From positions 2,144,001-2,208,000 of the forward strand of contig CBDCWG010000012.1 in the NCBI GenBank assembly GCA_965223345.1: DNA of 64,000 nucleotides, in the 5' to 3' direction. The notes under the pieces were generated by a model. The model saw only the letters and a list, made by a program, of their open reading frames with translations, had not been told where the DNA came from and ran no database searches. The DNA is from Nitrospinales bacterium (GTDB taxonomy: Bacteria > Nitrospinota > Nitrospinia > Nitrospinales > VA-1). Shown piece by piece: positions 29,899 to 39,762 of this stretch (positions are counted from its first letter, which is position 1; every line of letters begins with the position of its first letter). The translations under genes were made by a program, and so were the position numbers.

Positions 29899-30933
29899 AT
29901 GAATGGAAGCAAACGACAACAGCGTAACAACGGCCGCCCGGGACTGACAGCTTTACTGCTGGCGGTTCTCTGTTTGGGGCTGGCTTCATTAGCCAGTGCG
30001 GAAGACTCCTTTTACGAACCCCTTCCGGAAATGAAGCACCCGAAGGACAACCCGTGGTCCAAGGAAAAGGAGGAGTTGGGCAAGCTTTTGTACTTCGACC
30101 CGAGGCTTTCCGGAAGCAACTGGATCAGCTGCGCCACCTGCCACAATCCCGGGTTGGGCTGGGGCGACGGTCTGCCGCTTTCGATCGGGCACGGCCAGAA
30201 GGAGCTGGGCCGCCATTCGCCGACGATCATCAACAGCGGCTATTTTGAGCTGCAATTCTGGGACGGACGCGCCAAAAGCCTGGAAGAGCAGGCCAAAGGC
30301 CCCATCCAGGCGCCGGGTGAGATGAATCAGGATCACGACGGACTCGTCAAGAAGCTCAAGGCGAATCCGGGATATGTGAAACGTTTTGAAAAGGTATTCG
30401 GCAAGGATTCGGTCACCATCGACAACATCGCCAAAGCCATCGCGACGTTCGAGCGTTCGGTGGTGTCGAACAACGCTCCCTACGACAAATACTGGCGCGG
30501 CGACAAGAGCGCGATGTCCAAAAGCGCGGTCAACGGCATGAACCTTTTTTTCGGCAAGGCCAAATGCTCGATCTGCCACAACGGTCCGGCGTTCACCGAC
30601 AGTAAGTTCCACAACATCGGCGTCAAGCAGCACGGTTCGCTCAAGGACGATCCCGGCCGTTTTGCGGTGAGCAAGGACGATTTCGACAAGGGTGCGTTCA
30701 AGACGCCGGGGTTGCGGCATGTGACGCGCACCGCGCCGTACATGCACAACGGCAGCGAGAAAACGCTGGAAGACGTGATGGCGTTTTACAATCGCGGCGG
30801 CGATGTGGAAAAAAACCGCAGCCCGTTCATCACGCCTCTGGGACTCACCAAGCAGGAAGAAAAGGATCTGGTCGAGTTCATGAAAGCGCTGGAAGGAGAA
30901 CCGATCACGGTCACCCTGTCCGAATTGCCCTGA
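29899..30933 (+). CDS. Di-heme cytochrome c peroxidase (CCP/MauG family)
   Basis: Two CxxCH motifs (CATCH, CSICH), LYFDPRLS, QFWDGRA, FKTPGLR, APYMHNG; RBS GGAGG before ATG 29899. Confidence 0.92.
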   Translation: MNGSKRQQRNNGRPGLTALLLAVLCLGLASLASAEDSFYEPLPEMKHPKDNPWSKEKEELGKLLYFDPRLSGSNWISCATCHNPGLGWGDGLPLSIGHGQKELGRHSPTIINSGYFELQFWDGRAKSLEEQAKGPIQAPGEMNQDHDGLVKKLKANPGYVKRFEKVFGKDSVTIDNIAKAIATFERSVVSNNAPYDKYWRGDKSAMSKSAVNGMNLFFGKAKCSICHNGPAFTDSKFHNIGVKQHGSLKDDPGRFAVSKDDFDKGAFKTPGLRHVTRTAPYMHNGSEKTLEDVMAFYNRGGDVEKNRSPFITPLGLTKQEEKDLVEFMKALEGEPITVTLSELP

Positions 30934-30977
30934 CACGGTGGAATCGATCTTTCAGCCCCATCGATTCATTTCACTAA

Positions 30978-31012
30978 AAAAGCCCCTTCCTGAACTTCAG
31001 GGAGGGGCTTTT
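30978..31012. terminator. Bidirectional intrinsic terminator
   Basis: AAAAGCCCCTTCCTGAA / TTCAGGGAGGGGCTTTT between convergent genes. Confidence 0.8.
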
Positions 31013-31030
31013 GTTTGCGAAAGCCGCTTT

Positions 31031-32461
31031 TCAGCAGCGGTCGTAGTCGTCCTGGTAGCGGGTGATGTCGTCCTCGTCGATCTTGTCGCCGATCTGCACT
31101 TCGATCAGAACGAGCGGCGTGGATTCAAGGTTGCTCAGCCGGTGGCGCGTCCGCTTGGGGATGAAGACGGACTCGTTGGCTTTCAGCGCAAGGGTCTTGT
31201 CGTCCACCTGCACCTGCGCCACGCCCTGCACCACGGTCCAGTGTTCGCTGCGGTGGTTGTGGGATTGCAGGCTGAGCTGCTCGCTGGCGTATACATCCAG
31301 CCGCTTCACCAGGTAGTTGTCTCTTTTTTCCAGCACCGTGTAGGAGCCCCAGGGTTTCGGGACGGTGGCCGGCAGGTGTGCTTCGGCGCGCTTTTCTTTT
31401 TTCAGAGTTTCGACGATCTGCTTCACATCCTGAGCGCGGTCCTTGGAGCAGATGAGCAGCGCGTCGGGGGTGTCCACCACGATCTGATCTTTCAAACCCA
31501 ATGCCGCGATGAGCCGCTCCTCTCCCTGAACCAGGGTGCCGGAACAGTCTTTGAGGATGGCGTTGGGGGTCGCCACGTTGCCGTCCGCATCCTGAGGCAG
31601 CACGTCGTCGAGGGCGGTCCAGCAACCCACATCGCTCCACTGGATGTCCGCCGGAACCAGGACGACGCGGTCTGATTTTTCGAGGATGCCGTAGTCCACG
31701 GAAATGGAAGGCAGCGACTGATACAGTGCGGCGCCTTCGCCATCGAGGGCGCGGAAGGGATATTTTTTCTTGTTTTCGACCGTGTGCGCGACGATGTCGT
31801 CGAGCTTGCTGTGCAGGTCCGGCAGGTGCGTGCGGATCTCTTCCAGAATGCAGGACACCTTCCAGGCGAACACGCCGCAGTTCCAGAAATAGCCGCCCTG
31901 AGCCAGAAATTCGTTCGCTTTGGCGGCGTCGGGTTTTTCCACGAACCGCTGCACTTTAAAGGCGCCGGTTTGCGCATCCAATGTTTCGCCTTTCAGGATG
32001 TATCCGTATCCGGTTTCCGGACGGCTGGGAGTGATGCCGAGCGTGACCAGATAATCCTGGTCCGCCACTTCGCCTGCGGCCTGCAAAACGCGGCGGAAAT
32101 TTTCCGGATCGGCGACGATGTGGTCCGCCGGGAACACGGCCATCACCGCATCGGGATCTTCTTCCGCCAGGATGCGGGCGGCGAAGCCGATGGCGGCGGC
32201 GGTGTTTTTGCCGACCGGTTCGGCGAACAGCCGGTTCGGGGAAAAGCCGGTGTCCGCCAGCTGCCGGCAGGCCTCGAACGCATGCAGGGCGTGGGTGACC
32301 AGAAGCACCCGCTCCACCGGAATCAGGGGCTGCAACCGGGTCAGGGTGCCCTGCAGCAGGGTCTCGTCGCCGCAAATGTTGAGAAACTGTTTGGGAAACT
32401 GTTCCCGGCTTTTCGGCCAGAACCGGGTGCCGCTGCCGCCTGCTAGAATGACGCCGTACAT
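31031..32461 (-). CDS. manC: Mannose-1-phosphate guanylyltransferase / mannose-6-phosphate isomerase
   Basis: ILAGGSGTRFWPKSR, EPVGKNTA, PETGYGYI, WSDVG, cupin PWG..LSLQSHNHRSEHW. Confidence 0.95.
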   Translation of the reverse strand: MYGVILAGGSGTRFWPKSREQFPKQFLNICGDETLLQGTLTRLQPLIPVERVLLVTHALHAFEACRQLADTGFSPNRLFAEPVGKNTAAAIGFAARILAEEDPDAVMAVFPADHIVADPENFRRVLQAAGEVADQDYLVTLGITPSRPETGYGYILKGETLDAQTGAFKVQRFVEKPDAAKANEFLAQGGYFWNCGVFAWKVSCILEEIRTHLPDLHSKLDDIVAHTVENKKKYPFRALDGEGAALYQSLPSISVDYGILEKSDRVVLVPADIQWSDVGCWTALDDVLPQDADGNVATPNAILKDCSGTLVQGEERLIAALGLKDQIVVDTPDALLICSKDRAQDVKQIVETLKKEKRAEAHLPATVPKPWGSYTVLEKRDNYLVKRLDVYASEQLSLQSHNHRSEHWTVVQGVAQVQVDDKTLALKANESVFIPKRTRHRLSNLESTPLVLIEVQIGDKIDEDDITRYQDDYDRC

Positions 32462-32684
32462 GGGTGGTCTCGTTTGGGGAGAGGGGTTGGAAAAATTCGG
32501 GAAATCCTTGAGATTAAAAAGCTTGATCGGACCTTGAATTTGTTTATGATAGGGCTTTCGCACGCAATCTGTGCTGGACCCCGGGTCCGGACTCCGGTTT
32601 TTATGAGGATAGATGATGCAGCGCGGTTGCCGGAGCCGGAATCCATTTTAGCGGAAATACCATCCAAGAACTAGAAAAAACCGG

Positions 32685-32716
32685 AAAGCGGACGGGGCGT
32701 TGCCGTCCGTTTTTTT
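32685..32716 (+). terminator. Intrinsic terminator/attenuator upstream of ZIP gene
   Basis: AAAGCGGACGG-7 nt-CCGTCCGTTTTTTT. Confidence 0.6.
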
Positions 32717-32787
32717 GAACGCGGTTTGAAACTTCAGGGCAGGGGAGAGGGCGTCCCCGCAGCCCGTGGAATGCATCGGTTTTCTTT

Positions 32788-33513
32788 ATGGAAAAAGCGG
32801 TTTTTTATCCTTTCCTGTTTTTCGTGTTTTTGATCACCATGATCGGCGGCTGGATTCCCACCGTGCGGCCGTGGTCGCAGTCCACGTTCCGCATGATCAT
32901 CAGCTTTTGCGCGGGGGTTCTGCTGGGTGCGGTTTTCTTCCACATCCTGCCGGAGATCACCTCGGTGCTCGGGGCCACGGTGGGGTATTCGATCATGGCC
33001 GGGTTTCTGATGATCTTCGTGATGGAGAAATTCATCATGGTGCACCCGTGCGAGGAAGGGGAGTGCGACTACCACTCGATCGGCCTGGCGGCCTATGTGG
33101 GGATCGGTTTTCACAGCATTCTCGACGGCATCGCTATCGGGGTCGGCAGCATGATGAACCTGAGCCTGGTGATCATCCTCGCCGTCACGGTGCACAAATT
33201 TCCCGCGGCCCTGGCGCTCAGCAGCCTGTTCGTCAAGGGCGGCACCTACAACCGGAAGAAGATCCTCACCTCGATGTTCATCTTTTCCCTGGCCACGCCG
33301 CTCGGGGCGATCGCGTCGCTGTTCGTGTTTCAGGGGCTCGATCCGCAGATGCTCGCGGTGGCGCTGGGCATTTCCGCAGGCACCTTCCTGTTCATCTCCA
33401 CGGCCGACCTGTTGCCCACGGTGTACGAAGAGCACGACAAAAAAGAGTACAAAAACCTCGTCTGCCTGTGCCTGGGGGTCCTGTTCATGATCCTTTCGCA
33501 CGGGCTGGTGTGA
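32788..33513 (+). CDS. ZIP family divalent metal transporter
   Basis: Multi-TM; AGVLLG..FHILPE, FHSILDGIAIG, HKFPA, ATPLG, SAGTFLFI. Confidence 0.9.
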   Translation: MEKAVFYPFLFFVFLITMIGGWIPTVRPWSQSTFRMIISFCAGVLLGAVFFHILPEITSVLGATVGYSIMAGFLMIFVMEKFIMVHPCEEGECDYHSIGLAAYVGIGFHSILDGIAIGVGSMMNLSLVIILAVTVHKFPAALALSSLFVKGGTYNRKKILTSMFIFSLATPLGAIASLFVFQGLDPQMLAVALGISAGTFLFISTADLLPTVYEEHDKKEYKNLVCLCLGVLFMILSHGLV

Positions 33514-33624
33514 TCCGCCCGCCTGAATCCGTTGGGCCCGTTTCCACGATTGCCGTTGGGGAAACCGGCCGCTCTGTGATTCAATAGAGATTCCGCCGCA
33601 TTCTGATTTCGGGACGTCACGCAT

Positions 33625-35382
33625 ATGGGAAACGAATCGTTTCGGGCGCTTCTGCCCTACATGAAACGCTACAGGCGCGAGATGGCGATCGGCATGGCCG
33701 CCCTCTGGGTCACGGACGTGGGCACGCTGGCGATCCCCTGGCTGCTCAAGGAATTCATCGACCTGCTGCCGAAGGAGCCGTCGGCGGCGACGCTGCTCAA
33801 ATATTCCCTGCTGCTGTTCGCGGTGTCGGTCGTCCTGGCTATCGGCCGCTACGGCTGGCGCAAATACATGTTCGGCCCGTCGCGCAAGGTGGAGTTCGAC
33901 ATCCTCAACGGTCTGTTCGAGCACCTGCTGACGCTGGACCGCTTCTTTTTCCAGAAGCACAAGATCGGCGATCTGATCTCGCGCGCTACCAACGACCTGC
34001 GGGCGGTGCGGGATTTTGTCGGCCTGGCGCTGCTGATTCTGGTGGACTCGACCACGGTGATCGTCTGCGCGGTGGTGCTGATGCTGGTGATCCATCCGAT
34101 GCTGACGCTGTGGGTGCTGCTGCCGCTGCCTCTGGTCTCGGTGATCTTTCTGGTGCTGATCCGGGAAATCGGCAAGCGGCACCAGGCGGTGCAGGAGCAC
34201 CTGGCCACGCTCACCGCGCGGGTGCAGGAAAACCTGGCCGGCATCCGCGTTCTGCACGCGTTCGCGCAGGAGGAATTCGAAAAGCAGCGCTTCGATGCGC
34301 TCAACCGCGAGTACATCCGCAAAAACCTCAGCGTGACCCGCCTGTTCGCGGTGCTTTCCCCTTCACTGGTGTTCGTGCTTGGCGTGGCGGCGGTGATCTC
34401 GATCTGGCTGGGCGCCAAGGCGGTGATCGCCGGCGACATGACGCGCGGCGAGTTCGTGGCGTTCAACGGCTACCTGATGCTTTTGTCCTGGCCGATGATG
34501 AGCATCGGTTACGTGACCAACCTCACGCAGAAGGGCTTCGCCGCCATGCAGCGCATCCAGCAAGTGTTCAAGGCCGAGCCGGTCGTGCGCGATGAGGACG
34601 GTGCGGAAAAGGCCGCCTCGATTCGCGGCAGGATCGAGATCCGCGATCTCAAGTTTTCCTACCCCGAAGCGGAATCGCAGAGTCTCAAGGGGATCGACTG
34701 CACGGTGGACGAGGGAGAGAGCCTCGCCATCGTCGGCAAGATCGGCTCGGGAAAAAGCACGCTGGCGCTCATGCTGCCAAGATTGTGGCAGACGGACGCC
34801 GCCGACAGCGTGCGCATCGACGGCAAGCCGGTGCGGGCGTTCCCGCTTTCCGTGCTCAGGGAAAACATCGGCTACGTGGACCAGGAACCTTATCTTTTTT
34901 CCCTGTCGATCCGCGACAACATCGCTTTGGGGCGGAAAGGCGCGACGCCGCAGGAGATCGACCGGGCGGTGGAATTTTCCGGGCTGCTGCCGGACCTCGA
35001 ACGCTTTCCGCAGGGGCTGGACACGCTGGTGGGCGAGCGCGGCGTGTCGCTTTCCGGCGGGCAGAAGCAGCGCATCGCGCTGGCGCGCGCCCTGATCAAG
35101 GAGCCGCGCATCCTGATTCTGGACGATGCGTTTTCCAGCCTGGACGTGGAAACGGAAGAAACCATCCTGAAAAGCATCCGCGCCTACATGAAAAACACCA
35201 CCACGGTGATCATCACGCACCGGTTGTCGATCGCCGCCTACGTGGACCAGATCATCGTGCTGGATGCGGGCACCGTCGCTGAGCGCGGCACGCATGCGGC
35301 GCTGCTCAAGCAGGGCGGGGCGTACGCGCAGATGCTGCGCAACCAGGCGCTGGCGCGGGAAATGGAAATCGAGCTGCAATGA
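33625..35382 (+). CDS. ABC exporter ATP-binding/permease subunit (MdlA/YheI-like)
   Basis: TMD, Walker A GKIGSGKS, LSGGQKQR, ILDDAFS. Confidence 0.93.
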   Translation: MGNESFRALLPYMKRYRREMAIGMAALWVTDVGTLAIPWLLKEFIDLLPKEPSAATLLKYSLLLFAVSVVLAIGRYGWRKYMFGPSRKVEFDILNGLFEHLLTLDRFFFQKHKIGDLISRATNDLRAVRDFVGLALLILVDSTTVIVCAVVLMLVIHPMLTLWVLLPLPLVSVIFLVLIREIGKRHQAVQEHLATLTARVQENLAGIRVLHAFAQEEFEKQRFDALNREYIRKNLSVTRLFAVLSPSLVFVLGVAAVISIWLGAKAVIAGDMTRGEFVAFNGYLMLLSWPMMSIGYVTNLTQKGFAAMQRIQQVFKAEPVVRDEDGAEKAASIRGRIEIRDLKFSYPEAESQSLKGIDCTVDEGESLAIVGKIGSGKSTLALMLPRLWQTDAADSVRIDGKPVRAFPLSVLRENIGYVDQEPYLFSLSIRDNIALGRKGATPQEIDRAVEFSGLLPDLERFPQGLDTLVGERGVSLSGGQKQRIALARALIKEPRILILDDAFSSLDVETEETILKSIRAYMKNTTTVIITHRLSIAAYVDQIIVLDAGTVAERGTHAALLKQGGAYAQMLRNQALAREMEIELQ

Positions 35383-37205
35383 ACGACACGCACCGGGAAA
35401 ACCTGAGCGACCGCTATCTCGACTGGACGCTGTTCAAGCGTATCCTGTCCTACCTGAAGCCGTACCGGCTGCTGGTGGCGCTGGCGATCTTTTTTCTGTT
35501 CGCGGTCTCGCTGCGCGATCTGGCCGGCCCTTACTTCACCAAGATCGTCATCGACGATCACATCATGCCGGAGCAGCTTGCCGGGCTCGACAAGGTGGCG
35601 CTGATCTTTTTCGCGGTGCTGATTCTGGGCTTCGTGTTGCAGTTTCTGCAGATGATCCTGATGCAGTACATCGGCCAGAAGGTGATGTACGATCTCAGGA
35701 CCCAGGTGTTCGCCCATCTGCACCGCATGTCCTTCAGTTTTTTCGACAAGAACCCCATCGGCAAGATGGTGACGCGCGTGGTCAACGACGTGGAAGTGCT
35801 GAACGAGATGCTGACCTCGGGCCTCATCCTGATCTTCAGCGACCTGTTCACGCTGGGCGGTATCTTTATCGTCATGCTGTTTCTCGACTGGCGGCTCACG
35901 CTGGTGGTGTGCGCGGTGTTCCCGCTGCTCTATCTCGCCACCCGCGCCTACCGCACGCGCGCGCGCGACGCGCTGCGCAAAAACCGCGCGCACATCACCA
36001 CGCTCAATACGTTTCTGGAAGAGAATTTGTCGGGGATGTCCACGGTGCAGCTGTTCAACCGGGAAAAGGACCACCTGAAAAAATTCGTGGGCATCAACGC
36101 CGACAAGCTGAAAGAAGACCTGCGCTCGCTGCATTACAACTCGGTGTACCTGCCCTCGATCGACCTGTTCGCCTCGCTGGGGATCGGTCTGGTGATCTGG
36201 TACGGCGGTGGCCGGTTCGTGCAGGAGGAAATCCAGCTCGGCGTCCTGGTGGCGTTTTTGCAGTACCTGGGGAAATTTTTCGAACCGATCCGCGATCTGG
36301 CGGAGAAGTTCAACATCATCCAGACGGCGATGGCCTCTTCGGAGCGGATCTTCGAGCTGCTCGACACGCCCGAGGAGATCAAAAATCCGGAGCGGCCCAC
36401 CGCTGTGAAAAAAATTCGTGGCAACGTGGAATTCAGGAACGTGTGGTTCGCCTACAAGGGGGACAACCACGTCCTGAAAAACGTCTCTTTTTCGGTGCAG
36501 GAGGGTGAGAGCCTGGCCATCGTCGGCGCCACCGGATCGGGAAAATCCACCATCATCAACACGCTGTGCCGGTTTTACGACATCCAGAAAGGCGAAATTC
36601 TGATCGACGGCGTGCCGGTGCGGGCCATGAGCAAGCACGATCTGAGGCGGCAGATCGCCCTTGTGCAGCAGGACGTGTTCTTGTTTTCCGGCGACATCCG
36701 CGACAACATCCGGCTGGGCAATACCCAGCTCGGCCAGGCGGAGATCGAATCGATCAGCCAGGCGGTGAACTCGCACCATTTCATCGACAACCTGCCGCTC
36801 AAATACGAGCAGGACATCCGCGAAGGCGGCAAGCTGCTGTCGCTCGGGCAAAAGCAGCTGCTTTCCTTCGCCCGCGCGCTGGCCGTGGACCCGCGCATCC
36901 TGATCCTCGATGAAGCGACCTCAAGCGTGGACACCAAGACCGAGCAGGACATCCAGAACGCCATCCGCGATATGATCCGCGGCCGCACGTCGATCATCAT
37001 CGCGCACCGGTTGTCCACGTTGAAACATGTGGACAAGGTGCTGGTGCTCAAAAAAGGCGAGGTGGCCGAATTCGGCACGCAGCAGGAGCTATTGAAGAAA
37101 AAGGGGATCTTTCACAGCCTGTATCAGTTGCAGCAGGGACAGGTGGAAACCGCTCCCGCCCGGGAAAAAAAATCCCCGGTGGATTCCACAGATCCTTCTT
37201 CCTGA
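35379..37205 (+). CDS. ABC exporter ATP-binding/permease subunit (MdlB/YheH-like), heterodimer partner
   Basis: GATGSGKS, degenerate signature LSLGQKQL, ILDEATS, IAHRLST; start overlaps partner stop. Confidence 0.93.
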   Translation: MNDTHRENLSDRYLDWTLFKRILSYLKPYRLLVALAIFFLFAVSLRDLAGPYFTKIVIDDHIMPEQLAGLDKVALIFFAVLILGFVLQFLQMILMQYIGQKVMYDLRTQVFAHLHRMSFSFFDKNPIGKMVTRVVNDVEVLNEMLTSGLILIFSDLFTLGGIFIVMLFLDWRLTLVVCAVFPLLYLATRAYRTRARDALRKNRAHITTLNTFLEENLSGMSTVQLFNREKDHLKKFVGINADKLKEDLRSLHYNSVYLPSIDLFASLGIGLVIWYGGGRFVQEEIQLGVLVAFLQYLGKFFEPIRDLAEKFNIIQTAMASSERIFELLDTPEEIKNPERPTAVKKIRGNVEFRNVWFAYKGDNHVLKNVSFSVQEGESLAIVGATGSGKSTIINTLCRFYDIQKGEILIDGVPVRAMSKHDLRRQIALVQQDVFLFSGDIRDNIRLGNTQLGQAEIESISQAVNSHHFIDNLPLKYEQDIREGGKLLSLGQKQLLSFARALAVDPRILILDEATSSVDTKTEQDIQNAIRDMIRGRTSIIIAHRLSTLKHVDKVLVLKKGEVAEFGTQQELLKKKGIFHSLYQLQQGQVETAPAREKKSPVDSTDPSS

Positions 37206-37350
37206 AAAACCGCCGATTTTCCCGCTTTTCACCGCATCCCCGCCCGCCGGAGCACCGCTAAACCCATATTATTCATTGCTTTGAGAGCATTATCTGTTAA
37301 CCTGAATGGACACCAAAAACTTATTGATTTCAATGATTTAAGGAAAAGTC

Positions 37351-37947
37351 ATGGGCGTCACCCGTCAAGTTCCCAAAACCCGCGGCCACCTCATCAAGAC
37401 CCTGGACGGCATCCCGTTTTTCAATGTTTTCAAGCCTGAGGAGAAAAAGGAATTTGCCTCTTCGGACAACTACATGCTCGACTGCGACGACGGCACCACC
37501 ATCGTGGAGCAGGGAGACATCGACTTTTCGCTGTATATCCTGATGAACGGCGAGGTCGTGCTGACCCGCAAGGAAGCGCCCGAAATGGCCATCACCACCC
37601 TGAAACCGGGGGCGGTGTTCGGGGAGATTTCCCTCATCCACCGCAACCCGCGTCCCACCAATGTGATCGCCAAGGGCAAGGTCAAGCTGTTCCGGCTCGA
37701 CGGGGAGGTGTTCAACAAGCTGAGCCTGCCGGTGCAGATGAAGTTCAAGGATCAGTTCATCGGCGTGCTCATCAAGCGGATCGAGGAAGTGAACCACACG
37801 CTGCTGAACCTCAAAACCGAGCTCGACAAGGTCTCCAGCGCCAGCAACAAATTCCGCGCCGATTACCACAACATCCTGAAAAGCGGCGCCCGTCTGGAAG
37901 GCGTGTTCGAGAACATGGGCGATATGATCGACAAGCTGGTGCGCTGA
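37351..37947 (+). CDS. Cyclic nucleotide-binding domain protein with C-terminal helical extension
   Basis: IVEQGD..LYILMNGEV, PGAVFGEISL..PRPTNV; no HTH evident. Confidence 0.8.
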   Translation: MGVTRQVPKTRGHLIKTLDGIPFFNVFKPEEKKEFASSDNYMLDCDDGTTIVEQGDIDFSLYILMNGEVVLTRKEAPEMAITTLKPGAVFGEISLIHRNPRPTNVIAKGKVKLFRLDGEVFNKLSLPVQMKFKDQFIGVLIKRIEEVNHTLLNLKTELDKVSSASNKFRADYHNILKSGARLEGVFENMGDMIDKLVR

Positions 37948-37993
37948 ATCCCCGCTTTTTCCAACCCAACCCTCCATTTTCGTTTTGCCGTGC

Positions 37994-38041
37994 TTGACAA
38001 TCCATCCTGCGTGGGCTATTATTCAACCATATGGTTGAATA
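37994..38041 (+). promoter_or_regulatory. Sigma70 promoter with perfect 22-bp operator over the ArsR start
   Basis: TTGACA-17-TATTAT; palindrome TATTCAACCATATGGTTGAATA at 38020-38041. Confidence 0.8.
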
Positions 38042-38375
38042 TAAAGAATCGCAGTTGAACCGGGTTTTCCACGCTCTCGCCGATCCGACCCGGCGGCGCA
38101 TCCTCACGCAAACGGCGAAACGGCCGCAACGGGTGACCGCGCTGGCGGAATCGTTCGCGATGTCGCTCAACGGGGTGTCCAAGCACATCAAGGTGCTGGA
38201 GGCGGCCGGGCTTTTGCTGCGGCACAAGGAGGGCCGGGTGCACCACTGCCGCATGGACCCGCGGCCACTGGCGGAGGCGGAAAAATTCATCCGCCATCAT
38301 CGCAAGTTCTGGAACGAGCAGCTGGATTCTTTGCAACGGTTTCTAAACGAAGCGAATCGAGGGAATGAAAAATGA
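38031..38375 (+). CDS. ArsR/SmtB family regulator
   Basis: FHALADPTRRRIL, VSKHIKVLEAAGL. Confidence 0.92.
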   Translation: MVEYKESQLNRVFHALADPTRRRILTQTAKRPQRVTALAESFAMSLNGVSKHIKVLEAAGLLLRHKEGRVHHCRMDPRPLAEAEKFIRHHRKFWNEQLDSLQRFLNEANRGNEK

Positions 38376-38797
38376 AAAAGACCGCCGTGGTGCTGCGCCG
38401 CACGCTGCCGGCCTCTCCGCAACGGGTGTTTCAGGCCTGGTCCGATCCCGAATTGATGCAGCGCTGGCTGTTTCCGGATATGTGCATGCAGGTCGAAGTC
38501 GAGGCGGACTTTCGCGTCGGCGGCGCGTACACCCTTTTGATGCGCAACGATCAGGGCGAAACGTTTCCTCACAAAGGGGTTTACAAAGAGATCGTTGTGA
38601 ACGAGAAGATCGTGTTTACCTGGAGTTCGGACTGGGTGGACGATTCGCTGGTTACCGTCGAGTTGAAAGCGGCGGGGGAGGAAACCGAACTCACGCTGAC
38701 GCACGAGCTGCCCGACCGCGACGGATTGGCCGAAGAACACAAAGGCGGCTGGACCGGTGCGCTGGACAACCTGCTGGCGTTTTGCAAACAAGGATAA
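38372..38797 (+). CDS. SRPBCC/AHSA1 domain protein
   Basis: RVFQAWSDPE, DFRVGG, TELTLTHE, GWTGALDNL. Confidence 0.9.
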   Translation: MKKTAVVLRRTLPASPQRVFQAWSDPELMQRWLFPDMCMQVEVEADFRVGGAYTLLMRNDQGETFPHKGVYKEIVVNEKIVFTWSSDWVDDSLVTVELKAAGEETELTLTHELPDRDGLAEEHKGGWTGALDNLLAFCKQG

Positions 38798-38906
38798 TTA
38801 TTATTGTCACTGCCTGCCGAGTGCGGCCATCCCGGCCGCATTTTCTTTGATCTTTCCTTTATATTCCAATAAAATCAATAGGTTATTAATTATTTTCGCG
38901 AGTTCC

Positions 38907-39608
38907 ATGAACGGTTTTCTCCGTCGATACTGCTATGGCGTCCTCGCGCTGGTGCTGGCACTTGTCTGCGGCTGCTCGGCGCTCAAAACCACCTACCGGG
39001 TCGGCAAGGGGACGGTGAAGGGCACGGTCTGGGCGGTGAAGGGGGCCTATCAGCTGACCGCCGGGACCACGAAACTCGCCTACAATATCGGCAAGTTCAC
39101 CTTCGAAGTGGTGCGCGCGCCGCTGGACTGGCCGCTGATGAACGAGGACATCGAGGAGATCGGCGGCATGCCGGTGAAAGAAGCGATCCAAAAGGGCAAG
39201 GTGAAAAACTCGCCCTACACCGTGAAAGGCAAGCGTTACTATCCGATGACGGTCGCCAAGGCGCAGGATTACGACGAGACCGGTGTCGCTTCCTGGTACG
39301 GCAACGAGACGCTCAGGCAGAAGGACGGCCACATGACGGCGAACGGCGAGGCGTTCAACCCCAAGGGCCTGTCCGCCGCGCACAAGCTGCTGCCGCTGCC
39401 CACCAATGTGAAGGTCACCAACCTGGAAAACGGCCGTTCGGTGATCGTGCGCGTCAACGACCGCGGACCGTTTCCCAGCATCCACAACCCGCATTCCGGC
39501 AAGCGCATCATCGATCTTTCCGCCGGCGCCGCGAAAAAACTCGGTTATTTCCGCAAAGGCACAGCGCGGGTGCGCGTCGAGACCGTGCAAATCACCGGAG
39601 TGGGGTAG
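38907..39608 (+). CDS. rlpA: RlpA family lytic transglycosylase lipoprotein
   Basis: Lipobox VCGC; GVASWYG, TANGE, AAHKLLPLP, RVNDRGPF, RIIDLS; no SPOR domain. Confidence 0.9.
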   Translation: MNGFLRRYCYGVLALVLALVCGCSALKTTYRVGKGTVKGTVWAVKGAYQLTAGTTKLAYNIGKFTFEVVRAPLDWPLMNEDIEEIGGMPVKEAIQKGKVKNSPYTVKGKRYYPMTVAKAQDYDETGVASWYGNETLRQKDGHMTANGEAFNPKGLSAAHKLLPLPTNVKVTNLENGRSVIVRVNDRGPFPSIHNPHSGKRIIDLSAGAAKKLGYFRKGTARVRVETVQITGVG

Positions 39609-39762
39609 AGTGCGGGGCGTATGACGGAAAACCAAAAGCGTTCTCGCGTAAAGGCGCGAAGACGTAAAGAAACTTTGAAAGGGTTTGAGGCAAATATCAT
39701 GTTGAGTCTTTCGACCGTAGCATGAGGTCGCTTATTGCGAGGAGGAAAAATTGAAATTCCCT

